Below, in pieces: positions 11,875 through 23,894 of a stretch of 64,000 nucleotides of DNA. Numbering within the stretch: the stretch's first letter is position 1; the number at the start of each line of letters is the position of its first letter. This DNA comes from Elsinoe ampelina. Lineage: Eukaryota. Location of the stretch: positions 1,026,506 through 1,090,505 of the forward strand of contig ML992508.1 of assembly GCA_010093995.1 (NCBI GenBank). Direction: 5' to 3'. The notes beneath the pieces were generated by a model. It saw nothing but the letters and a program-made list of their open reading frames with translations, did not search any database and was not told the DNA's origin. Both the position numbers and the translations under genes were made by a program.

Positions 11875-12816
11875 TCACAGCTCATCTTTCGCAGTCACAA
11901 TCTCGGCTTCATCCAAAGTCTCCGTCAGCGACCCCACTCTCTCCCTCAAAGGCTCAAACACCCCCACCAACCTCTTCTCCCTCCCCTCCCTCAATCTCTC
12001 ATCCCTAAAGGTCCACTCCCCAAACCACCCCCTCGCCTCCTCCCACTCCCCCGTCTCCTCCGCCCGCGCCACCACATCCCTACTCCTCAACATAAACTCC
12101 ATGCGATTCGGCATCTTCTCATCCCCATACCAATAATCCGGAAACTTCCCATACCTCTGAAACTTCGCCTTCCAACTCTCAAAGTCCGGCGTGGGGTAGT
12201 GCAGCACCACCGCTTGCTCGGCGGGTACTTTGCGTTCTGATTCCCGCATGCCCCAGCCACGAAAGCCGTGCGGGCCGTTGGGCTTGATGCCAGGCTTCAG
12301 ACGGACGGCGGATTTGCCGTTGCCATAGGCCATGAATTTGTTCTCGCGGGAGTTGAGGAGGAAGTTGGTGCATTCTCTGAAGGGGTCGGTGACGGGGTGG
12401 GAGAGGGGGATGGCTTCGTAGTTGCTGAAGTGGAGGGCTGGGGCGCCTTGAGACAGGGCGTCGAAGTCCCATGTGGAAGGATGGGAGGGGAAGTACAGTA
12501 GCTCGTCGGTGTCGAGGTGGAGGAGCCATGAGATGTCGTAGTTTAGTGGACCGTGGAGGAGCAGGTCGATGGCGTCGGCGAGGTTTTCGTCTTGGCGGAG
12601 CATGATGCGGGACTCTGGCGACATCTCTGGGGATTTTGTGGAGCCGAGGAAGACATAGACTGGTAGGTCTTGTCCGATCAAGTCGGCGAATTGACGTTGA
12701 GACGAAAGCGAGTCGGCGTAGATGATTATGAGAGTGACGTATTGTAGGTAGTATGCAAGCCATGTCGAGAATCCAAGGCCAGGAGCAAGACCTGTTGTTA
12801 CGAGCGCGATTGACAT
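11875..12816 (-). CDS. GT-A fold glycosyltransferase-like protein resembling plant KOBITO1/ELD1 (Glyco_tranf_2_4-like)
   Basis: Intronless 313-aa ORF with WLLHLDTDELLY (DxD), FSNYEA, DPFRE, YGNGKSAVR, PNGPH and AVVLHY in the same order as KOBITO1 (from recall). Confidence 0.75.
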   Translation of the reverse strand: MSIALVTTGLAPGLGFSTWLAYYLQYVTLIIIYADSLSSQRQFADLIGQDLPVYVFLGSTKSPEMSPESRIMLRQDENLADAIDLLLHGPLNYDISWLLHLDTDELLYFPSHPSTWDFDALSQGAPALHFSNYEAIPLSHPVTDPFRECTNFLLNSRENKFMAYGNGKSAVRLKPGIKPNGPHGFRGWGMRESERKVPAEQAVVLHYPTPDFESWKAKFQRYGKFPDYWYGDEKMPNRMEFMLRSRDVVARAEETGEWEEARGWFGEWTFRDERLREGREKRLVGVFEPLRERVGSLTETLDEAEIVTAKDEL

Positions 12817-13085
12817 GATCAGACCTTCCTGAGTTGGGTGAAGGGCAAGGTATATACGGATGTGGCGAAAAGTGAGTTGTGGTCAGCATGAGGGCCATTC
12901 AGGCCACCCTCAGATCTTCCACGTGATCATCGGCATTGGCTCACTTGAGGCGGAATCATGGGCGAGTTGCACCGTCAAAGACGAGCGATCTTACCTTACG
13001 GTCATATTCGATGATACTTCATGGTATGGTACTAGCTTTGAATTCGCTGGAAGTCAAGATCAAATGGCCGCTAAAAATGCCAAGA

Positions 13086-15433
13086 TCACGAGGAGCCACC
13101 ATCAAATCCATCAGGCTCCCAGTCTTTCGCCTTTGCCCCCGCTACCTTTGCCCCTCCTGCAACTGCGGCAGCGGCCAAGTTGCCGGCATGCTTCTCTATG
13201 TCTGCACTACCCATAAAGTATAAGGTATATATCACCAATAAGTGCAGCGCTACACAGTACAAGGCGAAGAGGTTCCGACTCGTCCGTGTTGCCAGCACCG
13301 TCCGAGCCACAGCATATATAGCTCTCTCGGGCAGTGTCATTCGTCTGAATGCTCGTGCGCTTTCTCTGCCCCGGAAAGCTGCAAAGGGTGAGAGATTTGA
13401 CTCGTATGCAGACTTGTAGCGATCGAGACTCAGTCCCGAGCCAGTGCTGTCTGACCCAGAGATGTTGATCGTGCTCGGATTGCCACCGCCAGTTGCATAG
13501 GCTGATGAGGCGGTCGATCTGTTGTAGGATGAAACATAACGAGTCTTCTCGTACAAATTGAGGTTGTCCCGTTGAAGCGAAGCGATCTCACTCCGCAGAC
13601 TTGAGACTGTCGCATACGACTTTTGCAGCTCCGTCTCCATGTCTGCCAGCTTCTTCTTGAATCGATCTCGTTGTGCCGTGACCATTGGCAGAATGCCCGA
13701 ACCGCCTCCCATTTGGCCTCCGGGTCCAGCAGGTGATGATCGTCCGCCATCGAAACCAGAAATGATGGACGAGGTTGGAGATGTCCCCCCTCTTCGGCTC
13801 GCGGCGTATGATGATTTCGGGTATCTCGACGTGTAGGTACCAGCCACACTGAATGTGTCAAAATTTGACACATGCTGTTGAGCTTCTGTAAGCTCGTTTT
13901 CTAATTGAGCGTTGAGATTGCGGGTCTTCTCCAGATCCATATTCGTAGTCGAAAGGGTCTCTTGCAATGACTCCAGCTGCGCTTGTAGGTCTTTCTGAGA
14001 CATCCGCAACTCTGTCAATTCGTTTGTGAGCTTCTTGTTTCGTGCGAGTAGAAGCTGCTCCAGCGACTCGGACTTGGACGACTTGGCGTGTCCATTGGTC
14101 ATTTCCTCATCCACAGCACCTTCGGTGACATCTTCTTCGTCATCTCCGGTAGCGAACTCAATTGTCTTGACATTATCAGCTTGACCGTGCAACGCTTCAA
14201 CAAATATGTACTTACCCTGATCATCTCGAGCTCCTGCTTGATCTCCTCATAGTCGCTGACTTTCTCAAGCTTCTTCTTGAGTGTTTCACGATCTTCGTGT
14301 AGTGCAGCCATCTCCCGTTCCAAGGTCTTGATCCGACTGTCAAGCTTCCCTTGCTCAGATCCACGTTCGTATTTGGCCGAGTCAAGCTTCCGGAGCAGGG
14401 ACGTGTTCTCGGAGCGCAACCGCAAGAAAGCTGGGTCATCCTCGACTGAGGTCTTCTGGTTGGACCCCGACTTTGATTGTGCCAGCTCCAAGCGTAGTTG
14501 TTCGTTTCGCGCCTCCATTTCGGACAATCGCAGTGTGACCTTTTCAAGCTCAGAGTTGAGAATCTCCATCTCGGCGTTGGCTGCCTTTCTTGCCGACGCC
14601 TCGGTGTCGTCTCCTCCAGCCTTCTCCAGCCTTTGCGAGACCTCGTAGCTTGCCTTTAGCTCCTTTAGAAGCCTGTCTTGGTTCTCCACCTTCTCCTCCA
14701 GGGTCTTTTCTCGTGCTGTCCAGTTCTCCTCCTTCTCCTTCAGAACAGCCGACCACGACTCTTCCACCTCCTTGATCTTCTCATCCTGTGACGTCTCAGA
14801 TGACTGCCTCGACGTGCGCTCCTGCTCCAGTTGGTTTTCGGTATCCTCCAATTGTGTTGTAAGCTTGGTGACGGTCTTCTGCAAATGCTTATTCTCGGCC
14901 TCAAGTCTCGGCACCAGCTCTTCAGAGGTGACCAGTGACTCCACTGAGGCTTCCAGTAAGGGATATGGATCAGGTGCTTCCGATAGAGGTGTGTACGCAG
15001 ACAAGAAAGCTGAGTTGACAGCTTTGGATTGATTCGTCAGAGAGTCGATGAAGTTCTGGTACATCTTGAGCAGTCCTTTGACTTCGGCAAGCTTGCCAGC
15101 ATCGTCCATCTTCCTGAACTCTTTCGTCTTCTGAGCGAGCTCCTTGCGCTGAGAGACAGCATCTTTCTGGTGCTCCACCAATTGCGTTGCGGCTGTATCC
15201 AATGTCGAGACCAATCCTGTAAGATTCAGGTCTACTACTCGTCAGTCCTATGTGAGCCGTGTTCAATCAGCTCCCAACGTACTCCTCCATGCTGCAATTG
15301 CCAGCTGGAATTTGTTCCCATCTTCTTGCGCAGTATGTGCCGCTCCATCGTGATTGTCCGTATGTCCGTTTCCATCATCGTCTACCTTTTCAGCTCCTCC
15401 GGCCACTTGCTCATTCTGCGCTACCGCGGACAT
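13086..15433 (-). CDS. COY1: Golgi coiled-coil membrane protein CASP/Coy1, 2 introns
   Basis: Exon 1 ends NKFQLAIAAWR. Also RKELAQKTKEFRK, LSEAPDPYPLL, a long coiled coil, the CASP_C region ILPMVTAQRDRFK / DNLNLYEKTRYV, and a C-terminal TM YCVALHLLV. Confidence 0.93.
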
Positions 15434-15756
15434 TTGTCCCGGCTAGCAACATTCAGCAGGTTGCAAGGCTTCGAAATGCCAGATCCAAGGAAGGATGACG
15501 ATAGTAGTGCAGTGGTGTGCAGCAGGTCCTCCGAGTGAAACCGCGAGAGAGAGAATGAGGAAGCCGGTCCAGATATCGCGTATGTTGATTTATTCAAGAA
15601 CGTAGACAGGAGGAAGAAGACAAGTCGTGCATCTGATTGCCAAGATGTCGAAGCCAACCTCCGTCCAGCCCGCAAGGCCTCTACATAATTACCAACAGCG
15701 CCAATCGACTTATTCTTCGCTGGTAAATACGCGGAACTTGTTCGGTATGATCGATT

Positions 15757-18700
15757 ATGACAGACAATGGCTTCGGACGAGCGCCGCCGCGAGTCAATGA
15801 GCCTGAGAGTCCCTATACATTCCGCGAGCTTCTCAAGGATGTCCCCCTCTCCGCGGCGGAGGAGGAGAACGCGGCGCAGCCATATATAACCTGCGTAGAC
15901 TATTGGGGTAGGACAGGCATGGTCTCACTTGACATACGTGCTGACAGCAAGCAGATTCAAATTTATATATCGGCGGATCTAATGGCGAGCTTCTTCACTT
16001 CGTTTCGATACCCGGCGAGGACGAGTCCGACCCACCAACTTTTATTCTTGCCTCACGATTAGAACCGCCTTTCACTCCGCCTGCGGCTGGCAGTGACCTT
16101 CCTGGAGTCCAGCAGATCCTGCTATTACCCTCTGTCAAGAAAGCATGTGTGGTATGCAATGGCACTTACTCGTTTTACACCCTGCCTGAACTCAGCCCGG
16201 CCTATGGTGGGAAGATCAAGCAAGGCGACTGCAACTGGGTCGGCGGGCTGGATGAGAACAGGACTTATGAGGAGGATGAGAGCGTCATCATCATCATTTG
16301 CCTCAAGCAGAGGATTCGGGTGATTCGGATTGGAGAGCAGGCAAAGCGCATCCGAGATATCGAGCTACCTGGTTGCGTCAATGTTAGGAGGCGTGGAGAT
16401 CTGGCATGTGTCGCTGACGAGAAGTCATACTCTCTCATCGACGTGGTGAACCAGCGCAAGATCGATCTCTTCCCCATCTCCTCGGTTCCAGCAAACATCT
16501 CGAGGGCGCCGAGCCCGATCCCAAGTCCACGAAGATCCGGTGAAGGACCACGACCTCGGCCTGTATCCATGCACTTCCCGAACTCGGCCGAAACTGCAAG
16601 TCCGATCCGATCCCACGTCCGCGGCCATGAACGGATATCTAGTTTGGGAGCGGAGCCACGAAACACTGACAGGTTGACCCCCGACAGTCCTTCTCAGTGG
16701 CCATCCAGAAGATCGTCAAGACAATTTAGCCCGGGACCAGACAGTCCTGTTCGAAGTCGAAGCCCACTTGCACAGTCTCGTGACGGTGATGACAAGCCCT
16801 TACCTGCGCAACCCACCGAGCCAGAGTTTCCTCCACCTCCCCCGGAGCCACTGAGGCCACTGATCCTATCGCCGTCGCCAAATGAATTTCTGCTCTCCAC
16901 GGGCACCATTAGATCAGATCCTGGAGTGGGGATGTTTGTCAATCAGGACGGCGACGTATCTAGAGGCACGTTGGAATTTTCGACATCTCCTAGTGCCTTG
17001 TTACTGGACGGCCAGAGCAATGGACCCGAAACCCCTCAATCACCAACGCCGCCGAGCGGTGACTGTCAGGTCATCGCGCTGCTCAGACGTCAAGGAAGCA
17101 ATCAGATGGTCATCGAAACGCAAGGACTTGACGCAGATCCTTCTTCGAAAGCATATCTGAGTATCCCGAACACTGCTGATGAGGCCGAGATCATCAATCC
17201 TGGGCTCTGTCAGTCCACATCGGAGAACACGATCTCTACGCCAAACATAGTCTTCAAATTGGGTCTTCGACGGTTGTATGTAAAAGACGCCACCGAAGCT
17301 GGGCGCCAGAGCGATGATGCCAAAGCTAAGCAGGAAGATCAATTGATCGAGCGATTCGCGACAACGACGACAAGATCCGTGTTTTTCATGAAACAGAGTC
17401 TGTATTGGCTGGTCCGCCATCCCATCCTCCTCAAGCTGGATGCTCGGCTCGACGGTGCACTGAAGTCAACAGCCACAAGCTCGCTACTAACCGTGCAACG
17501 ATCCGAGGCAGAGTATGTCTTCAACAGCTTGCGAGGCCGAGATCCACAAGACGAGATACAATTCATGACATTCAACTACATCAGACAAAAGGCCGCAGTC
17601 CTTCTATTACTTGACCTTATGATCAAGACAGCTCATGGTACAGGTGCATCTCAGAAGGACCTGCAATATACGCAAGAAGCTTTACAATCAAGTGATGTGG
17701 AACCAAGAGTCGTTCTGTCTCTGATCCCAGCACTTCGAGACGAAATCAGCGAGAGTGACGACGGGATCTGGGTCCCGGGTGGTCTTCGGTCCTTGATCGA
17801 GCAGGTCCAGTCAAATGCCCAGCTGTCTTCGCTACAGCATGATTCAGCGACGTTCTACAACAACATACTGCCACTTCTCAAGTCATACCTCCTCTCTTGG
17901 CGCAAGAAGAAAGGATTCGGATCCATCGCAGACGAAGTACACGTCTTTCAGACTGTCGATGCGGCGCTCTTGCATGTCCTCCTTCTGCTTGATTCACGAT
18001 CTCCCTCTGGACCGGCCACTGCAGGATCTGTACGGGCCGAGTTGAATGATGTGGTAGACAATGGAGTGGACTGCTTCGATCGTGCTGTCGTGCTGATGGA
18101 GTCTTTCCATCGACTGTACGTTCTTTCTCGCTTGTATCAAAGCCGTAAGAAAGCGCCACTAGTCTTGTCCACGTGGCGACGCATTCTGGATGGCGAGAAG
18201 GACTTGGGTGGAGAGCTCATCGATGGCGAGACGGACATCAGAAGATACCTTACAAAGATCAAGGACACTTCTCTCGTCCGCGAGTATGGAGCATGGTTGG
18301 CCAACCGAAATCCACCACTTGGTGTCCAGATCTTTGCCGACGATTCCTCCCGCGTCAAGTTCACACCACCCGAAGCTGTAGCACTACTGAAAGAAAAAGC
18401 CCCAAATGCTGTTCAGCACTTTCTCGAGTATTTGGTCTTCACCAAGAAGCAGCCCCAGTACTCTGCAGATTTGATCAGCTTCTATCTATCCTCGCTCCTG
18501 GATACTCTCAAAAGCTCTGATTCAGCCAGAGACGCCTTAAAGACCACAATCGAGGTCTACCTCTCGATACCTGCTCCAAAACAGACATTCCTTGCCTTTA
18601 CGGAAGATAACGCTCCAAGAGAAGAGTGGCACGCACATCGCCTTCGCCTCCTCCAACTGCTGTCATCCACGTCGCCAATCGACATTCCCTCCATCAGTAC

Positions 18701-19334
18701 ACAAATACAGCCATACGGTGACCTTTTGGTCCCAGAGACCATCGTGCTTTTCTCCCGCGCCAACAAGCACGAAGAAGCTCTGACCGCCCTCGTCCACCAG
18801 CTAGGCGACTACGACACCGCAGTGCGCTACTGCCTGCGTGCCGGTAGAGACGTCTTCCCCATCTCGGTGCGCATCAAGACATCACCATTGTCGGATCCAT
18901 CACCCCAAAACACTACACAGCGCAACCTCTTTGCTCTCCTACTAGAGCAGTACCTCTCCATCAGCGACCTTGACACTCGTCTTTCACTAGCCAGCGAGCT
19001 CCTCGCACGTTTCGGTGCTTGGTTCGATGCTCCCACGATCCTTTCCAGGATACCAGCTGATTGGCCAGTCCGAGCCGTCGAAGGGTTCTTGACGACCGCG
19101 ATGAGGAGTCTGGTAAAGGAGAGGCGCGAGACAGGGATCATTCGAGCACTAGCGGCAGGCGAGAACTTGAGAGTCAGCGTCGATGTCGTAGAGCGACAAG
19201 AGCATCTCCGTCCAGTTGTGCAGGATAAGGGAGAGATTGGTGGGACGGTCGAAGGCAAGAGCTGGGCCGACAGTGGGTATGGAAGCATGGGGACAAGCCA
19301 GCGGAGCGAAGGCACGGTAGGAGGGGATGAGTAA
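15757..19334 (+). CDS. CNH-domain Vps39/Vps3/TGFBRAP1-family endosomal tethering subunit
   Basis: Exon 1 ..ITCVDYW, intron ~15908-15954, then a long ORF. It has a CNH-like beta-propeller (GMFVNQDGDVSRGTLEF) and a clathrin-repeat-like solenoid (HEEALTALVHQLGDYDTAVRYC, IPADWPV). Confidence 0.85.
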
Positions 19335-19490
19335 GTGGTGACATGTGGTGTAATGTATCGACAAGAAATGAACTTTTTCTTGCTCTCTTCAAACCGCCAT
19401 TCGCTCTCTCTTTCACTTCCGCGTATCTTCCCACACCGGCCTCCTTCTTCTCAATCCGTTCTCACCCCCCCCCCCCCCTCCTCTGGCCCT

Positions 19491-20344
19491 TTACTTGAAA
19501 ACCGGCTTCAGACTATACTCCTTCACCGTCAAAACCGCATTCTGCCCCACGAAAGGCTCCGTCCCGGCACCCACACTCTGCAAGACCTGACTGGTCGGCA
19601 ACCCCTGATTCTTGGTCAAATAATCAATAAAACCCTTCAAATCCCCCTTGAAACTCCCCACATTCCCATCCGCCACAAACGAAAAAACCGTCATCTGCCC
19701 ATTCGGCCCTTTCCACAACTTCCAGCTCTTGCCCGCCAAGCTCACCGTGGCGATCGGACTCCCCGTCGAGCTGATGGGGCCGGCGCCGCCCAGGGCCCCT
19801 ACCCAGATCATGATTTCGTACACGGGGGAGGAGGTGGCGCTGGACCCGGTGAAGAGGTCGTAGGCTACGTTTGCGACGATGTTGGAGCCCGAGTAGGTCC
19901 AGGTGTAGACCGAGGCGAGGGAGACGAGGCGCGAGAGGGCCAGTTGAGGGGTTTTGGTCACGGCGTTGGCGTAGGATTTTACGTTGTAGGGTCCGTTGGC
20001 CCAGGACCATCTGGGGGGGAAGGGGTTAGGAAGGGAAGGGAAGGGAGGGGAAGGGGGAGGGAGGAGGGAAGGCGTACTTGGTGTTCCATTTGATGCCGCC
20101 TGAGCCGGTGGTGCCGTCGAGGTTGGTGCATTGGCTGCCTGTGCCGGCGTCGCGGCCCCAGAGGTTGTTGTAGAGGGTGTAGTTGCCTGGGAGAGGGTTA
20201 AGGGGAGGCTTGGTCGAGGAGAAGATGGGACGGACCAGAGACGACATTGTCCCATTGTCCGCACATGGCGGCGCGCTTTTCCAAGGGTTGAGCCGAGGCG
20301 GTCACAGCCACCAGGGCTGAGGTGAAGAGGGTAGAGAAGTGCAT
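19491..20344 (-). CDS. Secreted glycoside hydrolase family 12 (xyloglucanase/endoglucanase), 2 introns
   Basis: Signal peptide MHFSTLFTSALVAVTASA and a KR site. CGQWD, YNNLWG, VKSYAN, NVAYDLFT, YEIMIW (nucleophile) and GTEPF (acid/base). Confidence 0.93.
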
Positions 20345-20424
20345 GCTGGTGGTGGTAGGTGTGATCGAGTGAGACTGAAGGGATAGGGTAGGAAAAGGCT
20401 GCTCAGGAGAGTGACTTACGCAGC

Positions 20425-20430
20425 TTTATA
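20425..20430 (-). promoter_or_regulatory. Putative TATA box of the GH12 gene
   Basis: TATAAA on the minus strand ~80 bp upstream of the ATG. Confidence 0.45.
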
Positions 20431-21534
20431 TGACTTAGTCGTCCACGAGTCGTGGAAAGACCGGCATCATCTGTGTATCATCTGTGTATCATTACAAACC
20501 TCGCTTCATGTCATCTCCGCTTCAGAAAAGGGCACGACATGTTCCAGATAGTCCGGGAGGAGGTAAGCTTTTCGAGAAGCTTGTCAAAGTCCATGGTTCG
20601 GAGGTAGATCAGTACCATACAGACGAGTTAGCGCCACGTGAAAAGGCATCACAGGGTCAGGTACAGTGGCTGTCCTAGGATCCCGTTGGTGGAAGTGAAG
20701 ATCCTCAAGTCAGGGAAGACCGGCAAAGACCCGGCGTGACAGGGGGCGATTGACGGACATGAGAGGATCTCGAGACCGGAGATGATCGCTTACGACACCG
20801 GGCGACTGTGATGGGTCTGCGAGTGGCCGCAAGTGGTATTGCGTGGTCCCGGGCAGGTAGATGGGCAGTATGTGGTCTGAGAATGTGAAACGGAGCCACA
20901 CGGCCCGTCTTCATCCATTCTAGGTCTCATAGTTGTGGAGTAGTGTAAATTTTAGGGTACGTCTCATCGTCGCATTTTCGAAGGAAATAGCGGGGAGAGT
21001 GTCATGTCCAACGTGACATGGATTGCCCTGAAGAAGGAAGTTGAGGTCCGAGGTGGTCCGGTGGGGGCTTGACTTTGGTCCTTGTTGATGAGGGTTTTGG
21101 AGCCCTTTTGGAGCCAAGCTTTGGTCAAGAAGATTTTCTCCGGATTTTCAGGCCTGCAGGAGATCGGCTCTGGGCCGAGGAACACTGGGGGAGGCGCCTG
21201 CAAGGTGATATGCATGGCTGACGGGGAACATGCCCGCAAGCGAGGTGATATACCCTTTCTCCTCTCAAACCTTCGAGGCATGACAACCCTAAAAAGCCAT
21301 CGAGGTCAAAGGACTCCTGTTCACAAGGCAAGCACTCCATGATGATGGTCATACAATCGTATTTGCTGCTATCGACCCACCGTCCCCATGTCGTATCAAG
21401 CATGTCAAGACTGGTATGCAATCGCAACAGGCTCATGTAGAAAAGAAGTCTATCACTATGCGTGCATGCAAGCATTTGACAGACATTAGACCGAAACGCT
21501 AAACGCCATGTGTTGATCGTGGTCAACCCGTATG

Positions 21535-21576
21535 TCATGCTCATGCTCATGCTCATGCTCATGCTCATGCTCATGC
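21535..21576. repeat. Hexanucleotide microsatellite (TCATGC)7
   Basis: Seven perfect copies ~120 bp downstream of the LAMMER kinase stop. Confidence 0.95.
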
Positions 21577-21696
21577 CCTATGTCCCCTGCCATTCAATGG
21601 CCGATTTCCTGCCTGTACTGTTGGTATACAAAATTGGTCATCGCCAGCCAGCGACAACGACGAAAGTTACTGCTGAGGTCCAACATAGGGAAGCTC

Positions 21697-23894
21697 CTAG
21701 CCTCGACCCATTCGTTGGTACATCTCCTGCTGTGCCTGCCTCTCCCTCTGGATGCGAATCTTCTCGGCCTCGGTGCCGTCATCCTCAAAGTGCTCCTTGA
21801 ACCAGGGGTGTTGCAGGGCTTCTTTTGCTGTGATCCTCTTATTCGGGTCGTAGACAAAGATACGGCGAAGCAGATCGAGGAATTGCTTGTTGAACTCGTT
21901 ATGTTGCGGTATGATCTCCTGGAAGAGGTCAGTATGGGCATTCCGATGCAGGCAGAGAACTGGGCAACTCACGTGAAGCTTCTTCATCGCCTTGACAAAC
22001 TTCTTGGATGAGCGAGGCGTATCTTCTTGCGGATAGGCGAGATTGAGACGCTTGAAGAAGCTAGTCAAGGTCAGTACCTACACTCAGTCATAATCAAGAA
22101 TTGTACTCACGCTGCTGCAGAGTTTTTATTGCTGCCTCTACCAGCACATACTTGACGGACCAGAGCCTTGTCAATCGGCATGTCCACCACGCTTTCCATC
22201 ATGGCCAGATGCTCGAGGTTGTCATGAGTCTGGAATAGCGCATCACCTGTGTAGAACTCGACCAGGATGCATCCTATGCTCCAGATATCGCAGGGATAGC
22301 TCCATCCAAGATTGAGAATGATCTCGGGAGCACGATAATGCCGAGTGCTGACCACCGACGAATGATATTCGTCGTCAAAGGTAGCGGACCCAAAGTCAAT
22401 CAGTCTGATCTCGGGTTCCAGCAACACCTTTCGAAACTTTGCGTTGCGGTTGGTGGCGGTTGAGGATGATGGAATGTTTCTGTTGTACGTGAAGGTCTGG
22501 TAGCTGTTGTTGACCAAAAGGATGTTCTCAGGTTTGAGATCAGTGTGAATGAGATTGAGGTCATGAAGGACTACAAAACATTAGTAGAGTGTGTGAGCGA
22601 GGATGTGGCTATACTGACAGGCTACACTCGTAAGCAGCTGAGCAGCGAATTGCTGGATGTGGCTGCTTGGGAATGGGACGTAGTTGTTGAGCTTGAGAAA
22701 GTCGAACACACTCTGGCCCAGTAGATCCGTGACGATGCATATGTGGTTGCGGAAGTCGAAGGTATCTCGCAGATGGATGCACTTGTTGCGATTTGTCCGG
22801 TCATTTGATGCCAGTGTCGAGAGTACTCGAAGCTCAATCCTCGATGCGTCGCGGTACTTTTGTACGGACCGGATGATTTTGATGGCCACCTCTTTCTTCA
22901 TACGCCGATCATAGGCTCGAACAACTTTGCCAAAGGTACCTTGGCCGAGAAGCTTGATTATCGAGTCTAAAAAGTGTCAGTACACATGACTGCCTTGTGA
23001 TCATGCATGTACTTACATCTTTCCGTCAGATCGGCATGCTCAACTACCATGTAGTGGCCGTCTTCGTCGTCGACTTTTTGGTCTCTGGTGGAAGTCCTCT
23101 GAATCTCCAATTAGCCACCTCATATTCAACGATTTCTCAGCATGACGTACATCAGGTATGACGGCCACTTGAACATCCTTTGCCTTGATGATTGGGTGTT
23201 TCGGAGCTTGGTATCTTTGGAAAGGCGTCTTCTTCTCATCGTCCTTGACACTCGTACTGGGCATCGCTGGTCCAGCTGGTTGTCTCGTTGACCTCTTCCT
23301 CTTTTGCCCGACCGTGGCTGATTCTTCAGCATAGGTACCTCCACTACTTGTCGAACCGAGTGATGTGGGAGCTGTAGACTGGTATGCTGTGCGATCGGTT
23401 GAACCAGTGTACCTGCTGCCGTACTGCTCGTATGCTGAAGGTGTTTGGGTATTCGACAGTGTCCCATTGTAATCTGCAGCTCCTGTCTTCCGTCTCTTCT
23501 CGTAATGACCATCGAGGGATACTCCTTGACCCATGTTGCGCTCTTCCGGTCCTGGGGTGTCGTCGATAACAATCACCTCCTTGGGCGGCTTGCCTCCATA
23601 AAATTGCACCCAATCCACGGGATCCCGCCCTCTCTTCTTAGAAGATGTGGAGGATTCTGGTTGAGTAGGTCGCGAGCTAGGGACGGCATCGTAGTATTGG
23701 GAGCCCTGTGAATTTGATTGCCGTGGTGCTGCTAGTGATACCGAGTAGGTGGGATTCGGCGGGTATTGTGCATGTGAGTTGATTGTCCGCTGATCCGCCG
23801 CGGATGGATATGGTCTCGTGTAATCACTCATCGTTGGAAGATGTCTGAATTGATGAGGGGGAACTGTAATCGTGGCGGTCGAGGGTGTAGACAT
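21697..23894 (-). CDS. LKH1: LAMMER-family dual-specificity protein kinase (Lkh1/Kns1/CLK), multi-exon
   Basis: [38 protein letters not shown] and the signature EHLAMME. Confidence 0.93.

Noticed and set aside
20466..20491. Short tandem repeat ATCATCTGTGT x2 in the GH12 promoter
   Set aside because: Simple slippage duplication; not a CRISPR or a recognisable site.
21125..21574. ORFs beginning MSMSMS / MLMLML / SCSCSC
   Set aside because: Artefacts of the (TCATGC)7 microsatellite.
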